This document shows, piece after piece, positions 1 through 11,049 of a DNA stretch of 40,576 nt. Numbering within the stretch: the stretch's first letter is position 1; each line of letters begins with the position of its first letter. The translations under genes were made by a program, and so were the position numbers. Location: the NCBI RefSeq assembly GCF_004010195.1, contig NC_057754.1, positions 2,841,089 through 2,881,664 on the forward strand. Direction: 5' to 3'. Under the pieces are notes generated by a model. The model saw only the letters and a list, made by a program, of their open reading frames with translations. It had not been told where the DNA came from and did not search any database. This stretch comes from Chiloscyllium plagiosum. Its lineage: Eukaryota.

Positions 1-1215
1 CCCTCTGACAGTGCTGCACTGCCTCAGAACTGTCCTTCGGACAGTGCTGCACTGCCTCAGTACTGACCCTCTGACAGTGCAGCATTTCCTCAGTACTGAC
101 CGTCTGACAGTGCAGCATTCCCTTAGTACTAACCCTCCGACAGTGCAGCACTCCCTCAGTACTGACTCTCCGACACTGCCCTCTCCCTCAGTACTGACTC
201 TCTGACAGTGCAGTACTCCCTCAGTACTGACCGTCTGACAGTGCAGCACTGCCTCAGTACTGACTCTCTGACTGTGCAGCATTCCTTCAGTACTGATCGT
301 CTGTCAGGGCTGCACTCCCTCAGTACTGACTCTCCGAAGTGCAGCACTCCCTCAGTAATGGCCCTCTGACAGTGCTGCACGCCCTCAGTACTGATCCTCT
401 GACTGTGCTGCACTTCATCGGTACTGACCCTCTGACAGTGCAGCAGTCCCTCAGTACTGATCCTCGGACAGTGTTGCACTCCCTCAGTACTGATCCTCTG
501 ACAGTGCAGCACTCTCTCAGCACTGACTGTCAAACTGTGCTGAACACCCTCAGTATGGACCCTCCGACAGTGCTGCACTCCCTCAGTACTGACACTCTGA
601 CGGTGCAGCACTCTCTCAGTACTGATCCTCCGACAGTGCTGCACTCCCTCAGTACTGACACTCTGACGGTGCAGCACTCTCTCAGTACTGATCCTCCGAC
701 AGTGCTGCACTCCCTCAGTACTGACACTCTGACGGTGCAGCACTCTCTCAGTACTGATCCTCCGACAGTGCTGCACTCCCTCAGTACTGACACTCTGACG
801 GTGCAGCACTCTCTCAGTACTGATCCTCCGACAGTGCTGCACTCCCTCAGTACTGACACTCTGACGGTGCAGCACTCTCTCAGTACTGATCCTCCGACAG
901 TGCTGCACTCCCTCAGTACTGACCCTCTGACAGTGCTGCACTCCCTCAGCACAGACCCTCTGCCAGTGCAGCACTCCCTCAGTACTGACCCTCTGACAGT
1001 GCAGCTCTCCCTCAGTACTGACCCTCCGACAGTGCAGCACTCCCTCAGTACTGACTCTCCGACACTGCCCTCTCCCTCAGTACTGACTCTCTGACAGTGC
1101 AGCACTCCCTCAGTACTGACCGTCTGACAGTGCAGCACTGCCTCAGTACTGACTCTCTGACTGTGCAGCATTCCTTCAGTACTGATCGTCTGTCAGGGCT
1201 GCACTCCCTCAGTAC
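1..1215. repeat. 33-bp tandem satellite (consensus ~CCCTCTGACAGTGCAGCACTCCCTCAGTACTGA), truncated by window start and an N gap
   Basis: Tandem copies are directly visible, and ORFs here show 11-aa periodicity (STDPLTVQHSL). A 66-bp dimer run lies at ~560-890, and 132-326 recurs at 1021-1215. Confidence 0.97.
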
Positions 1216-1715
1216 NNNNNNNNNNNNNNNNNNNNNNNNNNNNNNNNNNNNNNNNNNNNNNNNNNNNNNNNNNNNNNNNNNNNNNNNNNNNNNNNNNNNN
1301 NNNNNNNNNNNNNNNNNNNNNNNNNNNNNNNNNNNNNNNNNNNNNNNNNNNNNNNNNNNNNNNNNNNNNNNNNNNNNNNNNNNNNNNNNNNNNNNNNNNN
1401 NNNNNNNNNNNNNNNNNNNNNNNNNNNNNNNNNNNNNNNNNNNNNNNNNNNNNNNNNNNNNNNNNNNNNNNNNNNNNNNNNNNNNNNNNNNNNNNNNNNN
1501 NNNNNNNNNNNNNNNNNNNNNNNNNNNNNNNNNNNNNNNNNNNNNNNNNNNNNNNNNNNNNNNNNNNNNNNNNNNNNNNNNNNNNNNNNNNNNNNNNNNN
1601 NNNNNNNNNNNNNNNNNNNNNNNNNNNNNNNNNNNNNNNNNNNNNNNNNNNNNNNNNNNNNNNNNNNNNNNNNNNNNNNNNNNNNNNNNNNNNNNNNNNN
1701 NNNNNNNNNNNNNNN
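1216..1715. other. Assembly gap (500 N)
   Basis: Run of N. Confidence 1.
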
Positions 1716-2012
1716 CAGATCAGATACTTGACATTTCTGGAAATTTGGAACAAGTTTTGCTATTTCTCAACCTTTCTGGGCTGACACTGGTTTTTAATGA
1801 ACTGCTGCACAGTCCAGCCATAGATTCTAACTTCATTTCCTTCAGTATAATTGGATGCGATCCACTTGGTTTTGTGCCTCATAGATACTCAGATATTATG
1901 TGTTTTAACAGTCTGTTTGCACCATGTCTGTGAGTACAATCCTTCACGTTGTTGGACTGCAGTGGAACTTGTGTTTCCTGCCTGCTTTGTGTTGTTTCTG
2001 TGTGCACCTCAC

Positions 2013-2045
2013 CTCAGCTGCCTTTGAGTTCCTCTCCATCGCCAT
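2013..2045 (-). CDS. Candidate first coding exon segment (MAMERNSKAAE) of a periaxin/AHNAK-family gene; candidate exon ~2013-2082
   Basis: Minus strand: pyrimidine tract cctcattaccttctgcctctgcccAAG, then gtgATGGcgATGG (two strong Kozak contexts), 11 codons, and a phase-0 donor GAG|GTGAGG. MERNSKAAE resembles the mammalian periaxin N-terminus MEARSRSAE as recalled. The match is short, so the call is tentative. Confidence 0.45.
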
Positions 2046-2109
2046 CACAATTACTGTTTCCTCGTTTGAAGATTGGAGCTCTCTTGGGCAGAGGCAGAAG
2101 GTAATGAGG

Positions 2110-2690
2110 CCTCACACTTCAGCTTCAAGACCAAGTGAGCATCTCATGCTGCAGCAACAAGAGACTAACTCACCTCCTGACTCCTCAAAACTTGTCCGCC
2201 ATCTACAAGACGCAAGTCAGAGGTGCGATGGAATGTTTCCGACTTGCTTGGACGAGTGCAGCTCCAGTAACACTCAAGAAGCTCACAACATTCAGGAGAG
2301 AGCAGCCACTCCAATGGCACCACATCCACAAACACCCATGCCCTCCACTGTTGACGTAGAATGGCAGAAATATGTAAACTCCACAAAGTGCAGTCCAAAT
2401 CCGTGGTTACCTCTGTTATCCAGAAAGGCAAGGCTGCGTCACCACCTGTGGGCTGCCCTTCAAGCTTCATACCATCCTGGTTTGGAACTAAATGGGCTGT
2501 TCCTTCAGTGTCACTTGGTCAAAATCCTGGATCTCCCTCCCTAACAGTACCGTGGATGTTCCTACACTCTACAGATTGCAATGGTTCCAAAAAGCAGTTC
2601 ACCACCGACCGTTCCAGGGCATCTAGGGGTTGGAATTAAATGCTGGCCCAGCCAGTGATAGCCACATCCCACGTACAAATTTTAAAAAGG
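2110..2690 (+). mobile_element. Ancient non-LTR retrotransposon (CR1/L2 group) 3' fragment
   Basis: Degenerate translation LSAIYKTQVRGAMECFRLAWTSAAPVTLKKL (post-RT region). The 3' tail ...aaatgctggcccagccagtgatagccacatccc... is shared with other copies in the window. Confidence 0.65.
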
Positions 2691-2974
2691 CCACAGCGAT
2701 GCTTACGGTATGACCCATGACCCAGGCTCCGGAATAGCAATGAGCAATGCCACAGTATATTGAGTAAGACACTAAGAGTGAACTCATCAGTGATGGGCGC
2801 TCTCTGTCACCTCGAAATGAAACAGCTCATGTGGTTGAGACCAATGCCAGCAACTGAGTACATAGTCACTGTTGGTACTCCAGTGCAGTGCTACAAAAAC
2901 CTTTTTGACCCGCGGTACCATTTTGGTGTGTTTACATTGTCAGGACAGAACTGTGAGAGTGGGTGGGGGAAGGG

Positions 2975-2975
2975 G

Positions 2976-3010
<35 letters not shown>
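2975..3010. repeat. (GT)n microsatellite
   Basis: gtgtgtgt run. Confidence 0.95.
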
Positions 3011-3223
3011 CCCTCCCTCTTACTGTTCCTGGTTTGTTCAACTCTGTTTGAAGCCTTGTTAGTTATATCAGTGCAGTTTGAAAATATTAAACATTGGGCC
3101 CACACTAGCATCTTAGAGCCTGACTGTAGACCCCCTGACACACACAAAGCTGGGAAGAGAGGGAAATATTTGCTGAGGATCTCTCGGGATTTTCCTGCTG
3201 CACGTGTGGTTCCCAGAATCTAA

Positions 3224-3360
3224 CTGTCTGTCGCATTCCCTGTCTGCCTGTCTATCTGTCTGACTGTCTGTCTCTCTCTCTGTCGCTCTCTTCTCTGTCC
3301 CTGTGTCTCCCTCTCTGTAAATGTCCCTGTGTCTCTGTCTGTCTCTCCCTGCCCTGCTCT
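3224..3360. repeat. CT/CTGT low-complexity repeat
   Basis: ctgtctgtctctctc runs. Confidence 0.85.
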
Positions 3361-3619
3361 ACATGCAGCCATTTCTAACTTGACTTCCAATCCTTTATTT
3401 TCTTTCCCTTTCTCTAATATATCGACAGAGTTTGGGAATTTAAAACAATGATCACATGCCTGTCCCTCATCCCCCACATTTATCCCTCTCTGCTACACCC
3501 CTCCACACATACACACACTATCCCCAACACAGGACCGGGGAGATCAGGGGGACTATACACACGTTTGGTCAGGGGGGAGAGTCAGTGAGGGTCTGACTTC
3601 ATGTGTCGTCACTGAATTG

Positions 3620-3875
3620 TCTGCGTGTGTGTGTGTATGTGTTTGTGTGTGTGTGTGTTTATGTGCGTGTATGTGTATGTGTTTGTGTGTATGTATATTT
3701 ATGCATATGTGTGTATGTTTGTATGCATGTGTGTGCATATTTATGTGTATATGTATGTGTGTATGTTTGTGTGTGTGTGCATGCATGTGTGTGTGTATGC
3801 GCACACGTGTGTTTATGTGTGTGCATGTATGTACACATGCGTGTAAGTGTGAACGTGCGTGCGCGTATATGTGTA
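3620..3875. repeat. Degenerate (GT/AT)n alternating purine-pyrimidine tract
   Basis: About 250 bp of gtgtgtatgtgt; source of several spurious C/V-rich ORFs. Confidence 0.95.
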
Positions 3876-4099
3876 GTGCGAAGAGATGCTAGCTAATTTC
3901 CAATTATAAAGCAACTAACCCCTCCAGAACAGAATCAAACAACTAGTCAATGCTTACTGTTACAAATAATCTGATCATTTAAAGGTGCAAAGAGGCTGTG
4001 AGCACATACACTGCCACAGCAGCCATTTCCCACTACCCCAGAATGTTAGCTGCTGACTCTATCGGGCCTCAGAGCCCATAGTTTGGGAAGCCTTGCTCT

Positions 4100-4490
4100 T
4101 GCACAGTGCTGAGGAAGAGTTGCAATGTGCTGTTTTTTTTTCCCGCAAAGGGATTAAACCAAGGCTTTAACTCCCTTCTCAGAGGGATGTAAAAGATCAC
4201 AATCCAATTTTTGAAGCGTGGGATTGAGGTCGGGAATAGACGCCCACCATGTCATCAATCCGCTCCCACAGCTGCCTGAGTCCAGTCTTTACCTCAATGT
4301 CAAAAATCACTGAAATGAAAGCAACGGCCCAGACATTTACCTTGTTTATGTTTGTGGGATCATGCTGTGCTGCCTGCATCAAAGCAGTGACTGTGTCTCA
4401 AAAGAAGTTGCTTAGTTAACCATGAAAGAAAACCACTTTTGGGTGGCTTTATGTTGTGAAGGTCTGTATCGGAAAATTCAGGTCTCTTGG
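4100..4490 (+). mobile_element. Degenerate Deu-domain SINE (SacSINE1-like)
   Basis: Motifs cagtgctgagg, ttaaaccaaggc, ctcagagggatgtaaaagatc, gtttgtgggatcatgctgtgc and cagtgact occur in the order of the recalled Deu-SINE consensus. Confidence 0.55.
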
Positions 4491-4983
4491 ATGCAAGCTA
4501 CACAGAAATAACATGTGTACAGCAGGCAGGTTACACCACAGCCCCCAGGGTCATTACTGAGCCTTGTAGCTATGTGAAGTATTCACACCCAGTAATAGAT
4601 ACCTCTCTGAGCAAGTCTGCACAGTCCTGAGTAAACATCGGCACAGCCCGACCAGCCAACAGAATAGGCTGATAACTTCCATCTCCACCTACCCTCCCCA
4701 CCTTCCCACCAGACTTTCAATTAAACTAATTGCTGCTGTTCAGCCTGCCCTGTTGAAAGGAAACTTGTCACCAAATTTATTTTGTTTCTCCTTCGATTAC
4801 CATCCTCTTCTTTCCTAAAGTGACTGATTTCAAAAAAGTTATATCTCCGGCACCATCACCCCCACTTCTCCCCTTGGCTGTTCACTGTAACGCACATTCA
4901 CCCACCCCCCCATGACCTGCCCCAAATCTGAGATGAGCAGAGGGGGTCAGGTACAAGAGGGGGAGGAAGATTGGGGTGACGAA

Positions 4984-5482
4984 CATAGAGTCATAGAGAT
5001 GTACAGCGTGGAAACAGACCCTTCGGTCCAACCCGTCCATGCCAACCAGATATCCCAACCCAATCTAGTCCCACCTGCCAGCACCCGGCCCATATCCCTC
5101 CAAACCCTTCCTACTCATATACCCATCCAAATGCCTCTTAAAGGTTGGTAATTGTACCAGCCTCCACCAAATCCTCTGGCAGCTCATTCCATACACGTAC
5201 CACCCTCTGTGTGAAAAAGTTGCCCCTTAGGTCCCTTTTATATCTTTCCCCTCTCACCCTAAACCTATGCCCCTCTAGTTCTGGACTCCCCGACCCCAGG
5301 GAAAAGACTTTGCCTATTTATCCTATCCATGCCCCTCATGATCATGCCCCTCAATGTCTTTTCCCTGGGGTGGGGAAGTCCAAGTGCTGGAAAATGGGAT
5401 AAGATTAGGTTAGGATATCTGGTCAGCATGGACGGGTTGGACCGAAGGGTCTGTTTCCGTGCTGTACATCTCTATGACTCTA
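4984..5482. mobile_element. CR1/HER1 LINE 3' ends in inverted arrangement (minus 4984-5340, plus ~5357-5482)
   Basis: catagagtcatagagatgtacagc on the left and its reverse complement gctgtacatctctatgactcta on the right; the body matches other CR1 3' ends. Confidence 0.9.
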
Positions 5483-6525
5483 CGTCTGATGTTAGCCTTC
5501 TCCTCTATGAACCCGTCTTGAACCCAAAACTCATAGATAAAAAAAAAGAAAGTTTGATGCTGCTTGCACAATTAAATATCCCTGAAAAAGATGGCCACTT
5601 GAGCTGAGTTTCGGATGTTGCTGGCTACACGGTGCAATTGGACGCAAATTAAGGTGGCCGACCGTGTAAGGATTTGGTTAGTAAAGACTGAGTGCTCATT
5701 ATTAAGGAATATCAGGACTTTCCCTTTAAGGCAACATGAGTCACTGACTGCCACCATACAGCAGGGAGAGAAAAGAATCACAGATTATGTTATTGTGGGT
5801 CAGGAATTTGACAAAATGCAAACAGGAAGTGATCTATGGTCTCTGGAATTTATGTGAGGCACAGTTCCCAGGAGCTATACTGTCCACACAGCATTCACTT
5901 ACAAAGGGTTTTACAAACAGCTCAAAATGTATCTACTGAATGGGTGAATTTTGGATGCGGACAGATTTGCGGTTGGTTGTGATCCCTTCCAAGGACAAAT
6001 AGCCCAACTGGCATTTGCTGCCTTGGCCATGGACAAACGTGCCACTTGTCCTGTTAAGGGCCCAGAGCATTTTGTCCTCTGGCAACTGTTGAACAACACG
6101 TGTGTTACACAATACACCAGTTACTGAACACACCCTTTAACTTTATTAAAAGCTTCTGTTAAAGAACACAACATGCTTGTCATGTTTGTAGATATTTTTT
6201 AATCAACCTGTTCAGGGAAGTTATTTCACACCTCTGGAGTAGGAGGGTGTTTTGAACCTGGGTCTCCTGGCTAGAGGTAGGCACATAATAAGAACAATCC
6301 ACTATGCCACATAAGGCCCCCCACATGGCTTTTCTTTGTTTTGGTATCAACGTGTCTGTTCTTTCTTCTGTCAGAAGTAAAGGCAGGTCTTATATACACT
6401 TAATTGTAAGGTGCGGGGGAGTGTTGCTGAGCAAAGAGACCTTGGGGTGCAGGTTCATAGTTCATTGAAGGTGGAGTCACAGGTAGACAGTATTTGGGAA
6501 TAAAGTACTTGGTATGCTTTCCTTT

Positions 6526-6918
6526 CGCATACATGAACATCAACTAGCCACGAAACGACACGACCAGCTATCCTTAGTAGCCACACACGCAACATGAATT
6601 CGACTGGGACAACACTACTATCATAGGGCAAGCCAGACAGAGAACAGCCAGGGAATTCCTACAGGCATGGCATTCATCCACAAACTCCATCAACAAACAC
6701 ATCGACCTCGACCCAATATACCAACCACTACAGCGGACAACCGGAAGCGGCAGGGACAGACCACTATAAAACATCAAAGAAGCGCTTCACAGGAGGCTCC
6801 CAAGCACTGATGATGTCGCCTAGCCAGGGGACGAAACGTTTGCAACAAAAACTTCCAGCTCGGCGAACAGAACCACAGCAACGATCACCCGAGCTACAAA
6901 TCTTCGCACAAACTTTGA
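6526..6918 (+). mobile_element. Penelope-like element 3' fragment (GIY-YIG C-terminal region plus pseudo-LTR with hammerhead motif)
   Basis: Reads RIHEHQLATKRHDQLSLVATH / EFDWDNTTIIGQARQRTAREFLQAWHSSTNSINKHIDLDPIYQPL (frameshifted), followed by CTGATGA...GAAACGTT; 12-bp flanking duplication. Confidence 0.85.
6804..6843 (+). ncRNA. Minimal hammerhead ribozyme motif (Penelope-associated)
   Basis: GCA-CUGAUGA-U-GUCGCCU(AGCC)AGGGGAC-GAAAC-GUU-UGC: stem I GCA/UGC, stem II with one mismatch, intact core. Confidence 0.75.
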
Positions 6919-7361
6919 ATGCTTTCCTTTATTGGTCAGTGCATTGAGACTAGGAATTGGGAGGTCATGTTGTGGCTGTGCAGGACATTGTTAGGCCACC
7001 TTTGGAATACTGCATTCAGTTCTGGTCTCCCTGCTATAGGAAAGATATTGTTAAACTTGAAAAGATTTGCAAGGATGTTGCCGGCATTGGAGGGAATGAG
7101 CTACAGGGAGAGGCTGATCAGGCTGGGACTATTTTCCCTGGAGCGTCGGAGGCTGAGGGGTGATTTTATAGAGGTTTATAAAATCATGAGGGGGTTGGAT
7201 AGGGTGAATAGTCACGGTCTTTTTTCCCCTGGGGTAGGCGAGTCTAAGACTAGAGCGCATAGGTTTGGGGTGAGAGGGGCAACATTTAAAAGGGACCTAA
7301 GGGGCAACTTTTTCACGCAGAGGATGGCACGTGTATGGAATGAGCTGCCAGAGGAAGTGGT

Positions 7362-10090
7362 ATTTGGAAAGTTGCTTTACCCAAAACACTACTCGGATAT
7401 TTCTCCCACCTTTCCTCCTCCTCTAACCAAAAGAAACAGTTCTGTGCACCGGATTGGTAAGGTGAGTGGTTTCTTCACTTTTTTTTAGATTTTCATTTGT
7501 CCAGTTGGGAATTTAGAATGTGGGAATGGTGGTTAGGGCAGATCCTCCTACAGAATGTGGGAGGTAAGGGTCACCACTAGCGTCCCTGCTGACTACATCT
7601 GCGGGAAGTGCACCCAACTCCAGCTCCTCGAAAACCGCGCCAGGGAACTGGAGCTGGAGCTGGATGAACTTTGGATCATTCGGGAGGCGGAGGGGGTTAC
7701 TGAGAGGAGTTACAGGGAGGGAGTCACTCCTCAGGTACAAGAAGAAGGTTACTGTCAGGGGACGGAAAGGGAACCGGCAGGCAGTGCAGGGATCCCCTGT
7801 GGCCATTCCCCTCAACAACAAGCATACCGTTTTGGATACCTGTTGGAGGTATGACTTACCAGGGGTAGGCAATGGGGCACAGGGCTCTGGCACAGAGTCT
7901 GTCCTTATCGCTCAGAAGGGAAAGGGGAAGAGGAGCAGAGCATTAGTCACTGGGGACTCCATAATTAGGGGGACACATAGGAGGTTCGGTGGGAACGTGC
8001 CAGGGTTCATGATGTCTCTGATCGTGTTTTCAGAGGCTTGGGGGTGGGGGGGGGCAACAGCCCCAAGTCGTGGTCCACATTGGCATCAGCAACGAAGGTT
8101 GGAAGAAATATAGGGATTTAAGGCAGAAATTCAGGGAGCTAGGGCGGGAGCTTAGAGCTAGAACAAACAGAGTTGTTAACTCTGGTTTGTTGCCCGTGCC
8201 GCGTACTAGCGAGGCGAGGAATAGGGAGAGAGGGGTTGAACATGTGGCTACAGGGATGGTGCGGGAGGGAGGGTTTTGGATTCCTGGACAGTTGGGACTC
8301 TTTCTGGGGTAGATGTGACCTCTACAAACAGGATGGTCTTCACCTGAATCAGAGGGGGGAGATATTTGCTCGTGCTCTTTGGGTGACTTAAAACTAATTT
8401 AGCAGGGGGATGGGAACCCAAACTGTGGTTTGAGTATACTGGAGGTTGAGATTAGTGACGTCAGAAATAAGGTTTCAAGGTTGCAAGAAGGCACCAGCAA
8501 GCAAAACATTGGTTTGAAGCGCGTCTACTTCAATGCCAGGAGCATCCGGAATAAAGTGGGTGAACTTGCAGCATGGGGTTGGTACCTGGGACTTCGATGT
8601 TTTGGCCATTTCAGAGACATGGGTAGATCAGGGACAGGAATGGTTGTTGCAGGTTCTGGGATTTAGATGTTAATAACAGAGAAGATGGTAAAAGAGGGGG
8701 TGGTGTGGCATTGTTAGTCAAGGTCAGTATTACAGTTGCAGAAAGGATGTTTGAGGACTTGTCTACTGAGGTAATATGGACTGAGATTAGAAACAGGAAA
8801 GGAGGTTACCCTGTTAGGAGTTTTCTATCGGCCTCTGAATAGTTCCAGAGATGTAGAGGACAGGATAGCAAAGATGATCCTCAAATAGGAACGAGAGTGA
8901 CAAGGTAGTTGTTATGGAGGATTTTAACATTCCAAATATTGTCTGGATTTACTTTAGTTGAAGTGCTTTAGATGGGTCAGTTTTTAACAATGTATGCAGG
9001 AGGGTTTCCTGACACAGTATATAGACAGGCCAATATGGGGCAAGGCCACATTAGATTTGGTACTGGGTAATGAACCTGGCCAGTGTTAGATTTGGAGGTA
9101 GGTGAGCACTTTGGTGATAGCGACCACACTTTGGTTATGTCTACTTTAGCGATGGAAAAGGATAGGTATACAATGCAGGGCAAGAGTTATAGCTAAGGCA
9201 ATTATAAGGCGATTAGGCAAGATTTAGGATGCATAGGATGGGGAAGGAAACTGCAGGGGATGGGCACAATTGAAGTGTGGAGCCTGTTCAAGGAGCAGCT
9301 ACTGTGGGTCCTTGATAAGTATGTACCCGTAAGGCAGGGAGGAAGTTGTCGTGCACTGGAGCCATGGTTTAACTCAGGAAGTTGAATCCCTTGTCAAGTG
9401 GAAGAAGAAGGCTTATATTAGGATGAGATGTGAAGGCTTGAGAGTTACAAGTTAGCCAGGAAAGATCTAGAGAGAGAGCCGTGAAGAGCCAGGAGGGGAC
9501 GTGAGAAGTCGTTGGTGGATAGGATCAAGGAAAACCATAAGGCTTTCTATAACTATATCAGGAATTAAAGAATGATTAGAGTAAGATTAGAGCCAATCAA
9601 GGATAGTAGTGGGAAGTTGTGCATGGAGTCAGAGGAGATAGGGGAAGTGCTAAATGAATACTTTTCGTCAGTATTTACACTAGAAAAAGACAATGTGGTC
9701 GAGGAGAATACTGAGATACAGGCTACTAGACGCGATGGGTTTGAGGTTCACAAGGATGAGGTGTTAGCAATTCCAGAAAGTGTAAAAAATAGATAAGTCC
9801 CCTGGCCTGGATGGGATTTATCCTAGGATTCTCTGGGAAACCAGGGAGGAGATTGCCGAGCACGTCGATTCTCCTGTTCCCTGGATGCTGCCTGACCTGC
9901 TGCGCTTTTCCAGCAACACATTTCCAGCTCTTTATCCTAGGATTCTCTGGGAAACCAGGGAGGAGATTGCCGAGCCTTTGGCTTTGATCATTATGTCGTC
10001 ATTGTCTACAGGAATCGTGCCAGAAGACTGGAGGATAGCAACTGTCGTTCCCTTGTTCAAGACGGGGCGGAGAGACAACCCTGGAATAGT
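7362..10090 (+). mobile_element. CR1 LINE 5' two-thirds: 5'UTR, ORF1 (zinc finger/leucine zipper and SGNH esterase), ORF2 APE endonuclease to RT start; degenerate
   Basis: ORF1 motifs DYICGKCTQLQLLENRARELELELDEL, LVTGDSIIRG and LYKQDGLHLNQRG; ORF2 motifs YFNARSIRNKVGEL and PEDWRIATVVPLFK; many frameshifts and stops. Confidence 0.92.
9862..9930 (+). mobile_element. 69-bp Penelope-like pLTR fragment inserted in CR1, flanked by a 45-bp direct duplication
   Basis: acgtcgattctcctgttccctggatgctgcctgacctgctgcgcttttccagcaacacattt matches 10915-10980; 9817-9861 is identical to 9931-9975. Confidence 0.85.
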
Positions 10091-10335
10091 GAGGGTAAGA
10101 TGGGTTACAGATTGGTTTCACAGGCTGGTGCAACATCGAGGGCCAAAGGGCCTGTGCTGCGCTGTAATGTTCTATGTTCAATGGTGCAGGCTGGTACAAT
10201 TACAATATTTAAAAGGCATAGGAAGGGGCTAGAGGGATATGGGCCAAGTGCTGGCAAATGGGACTAGATTAGGATAGGATATCTGGTCGGCATGGACTGA
10301 AGAGTCTGTTTTCATGCTGTATGGCTCTGTGACAC
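10090..10335 (+). mobile_element. CR1 3' tail fragments (two different tails)
   Basis: gggccaaagggcctgtgctgcgctgtaatgttctatgttc followed by gggatatgggccaagtgctggcaaatgggactag... Confidence 0.7.
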
Positions 10336-10894
10336 TTTAAGTGCTTTTACACACAACCGAATGAAACATGGCTGTTCTTTTTAAAATCCTCTTTTACATA
10401 ATGTGTCTGTTTGTTAAAATGTATATCCAGACGTGCACACAACTGAATGTTTACTTTTCCTATCATCAGTGGTATTATGCCCCACCAGTAAAAGCGGCCC
10501 ATGAATTCTAATTGATTAATGTACGTGCAATGAATCCACCAAAGGGGAAGGAGTGATAGGGAGAAGGGAGGAATCTGAACCAAACTAGAGTCAGAGGGGA
10601 ATATGCCTGTTCTAGAAAACATTCATTTTGGGGCTCACCTGACAGACGACACGGAAGTTGCCTTATGAAATGGGAATGACAGCTCTTTGGTATCAAAGCA
10701 GCATTTGACCGAGTGGGGCATCAAGAAGCCCAAGCAACACTCGATTCAATGGGATGGGGGAGTAAACTCTTCGCTGGTTGGAGTCATACACAGGAAGAGG
10801 TCTGTAGTTGTTCAGTCACCTTACCCCCAAGGCATCTTCAGAGGAGTTCCTTGGGGATGTGTCCATGGCCCAACTTTCTTTACCTGCTTCATCA

Positions 10895-11019
10895 AGAAGA
10901 AGGGCTAATGCCCGAAAGGTCGATTCTCCTGTTCCCTAGATGCTGCCTGACCTGCTGCGCTTTTCCAGCAACACATTTCCATCTCTGATCTCCAGCATCT
11001 GCAGACCTCACTTTCTCCT
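10895..11019 (+). mobile_element. Penelope-like pLTR fragment with truncated/mutated hammerhead
   Basis: gaagaagggctaatgcccgaaaggtcgattctcc...; same family as 18195, 23378 and 24897; flanked by catcaa. Confidence 0.75.
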
Positions 11020-11049
11020 CATCAATCAAGTGTTAATGATGGTAAATAT

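Larger units (their letters stand above)
6385..7361 (+). mobile_element. CR1/HER1 LINE ORF2 C-terminal fragment interrupted by a Penelope-like insertion
   Basis: ORF 6919-7488 contains LGLFSLERRRLRGDFIEVYKIMRG and FFTQRMARVWNELPEEVV, typical of the CR1 ORF2 C-terminus. atgctttccttt is duplicated at ~6514 and ~6919 around the insert. Confidence 0.9.

Noticed and set aside
11..1171. Long ORFs in both directions with 11-aa repeats
   Set aside because: By-product of a 33-bp (multiple of three) satellite; open in several frames and strands, with no splice or protein-family signal.
1..1215. CRISPR-like palindromic ~33-bp repeats
   Set aside because: No unique spacers, units are contiguous, no cas genes, and the context is vertebrate.
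1097..1933. 278-aa and 186-aa ORFs
   Set aside because: Open only because they span the N gap.
1924..2544. 206-aa plus-strand ORF
   Set aside because: No recognisable domain, and most of it overlaps a degenerate LINE in another frame.
3553..3896. Cys/Val- and His/Thr-rich ORFs
   Set aside because: Translations of a GT/AT microsatellite.
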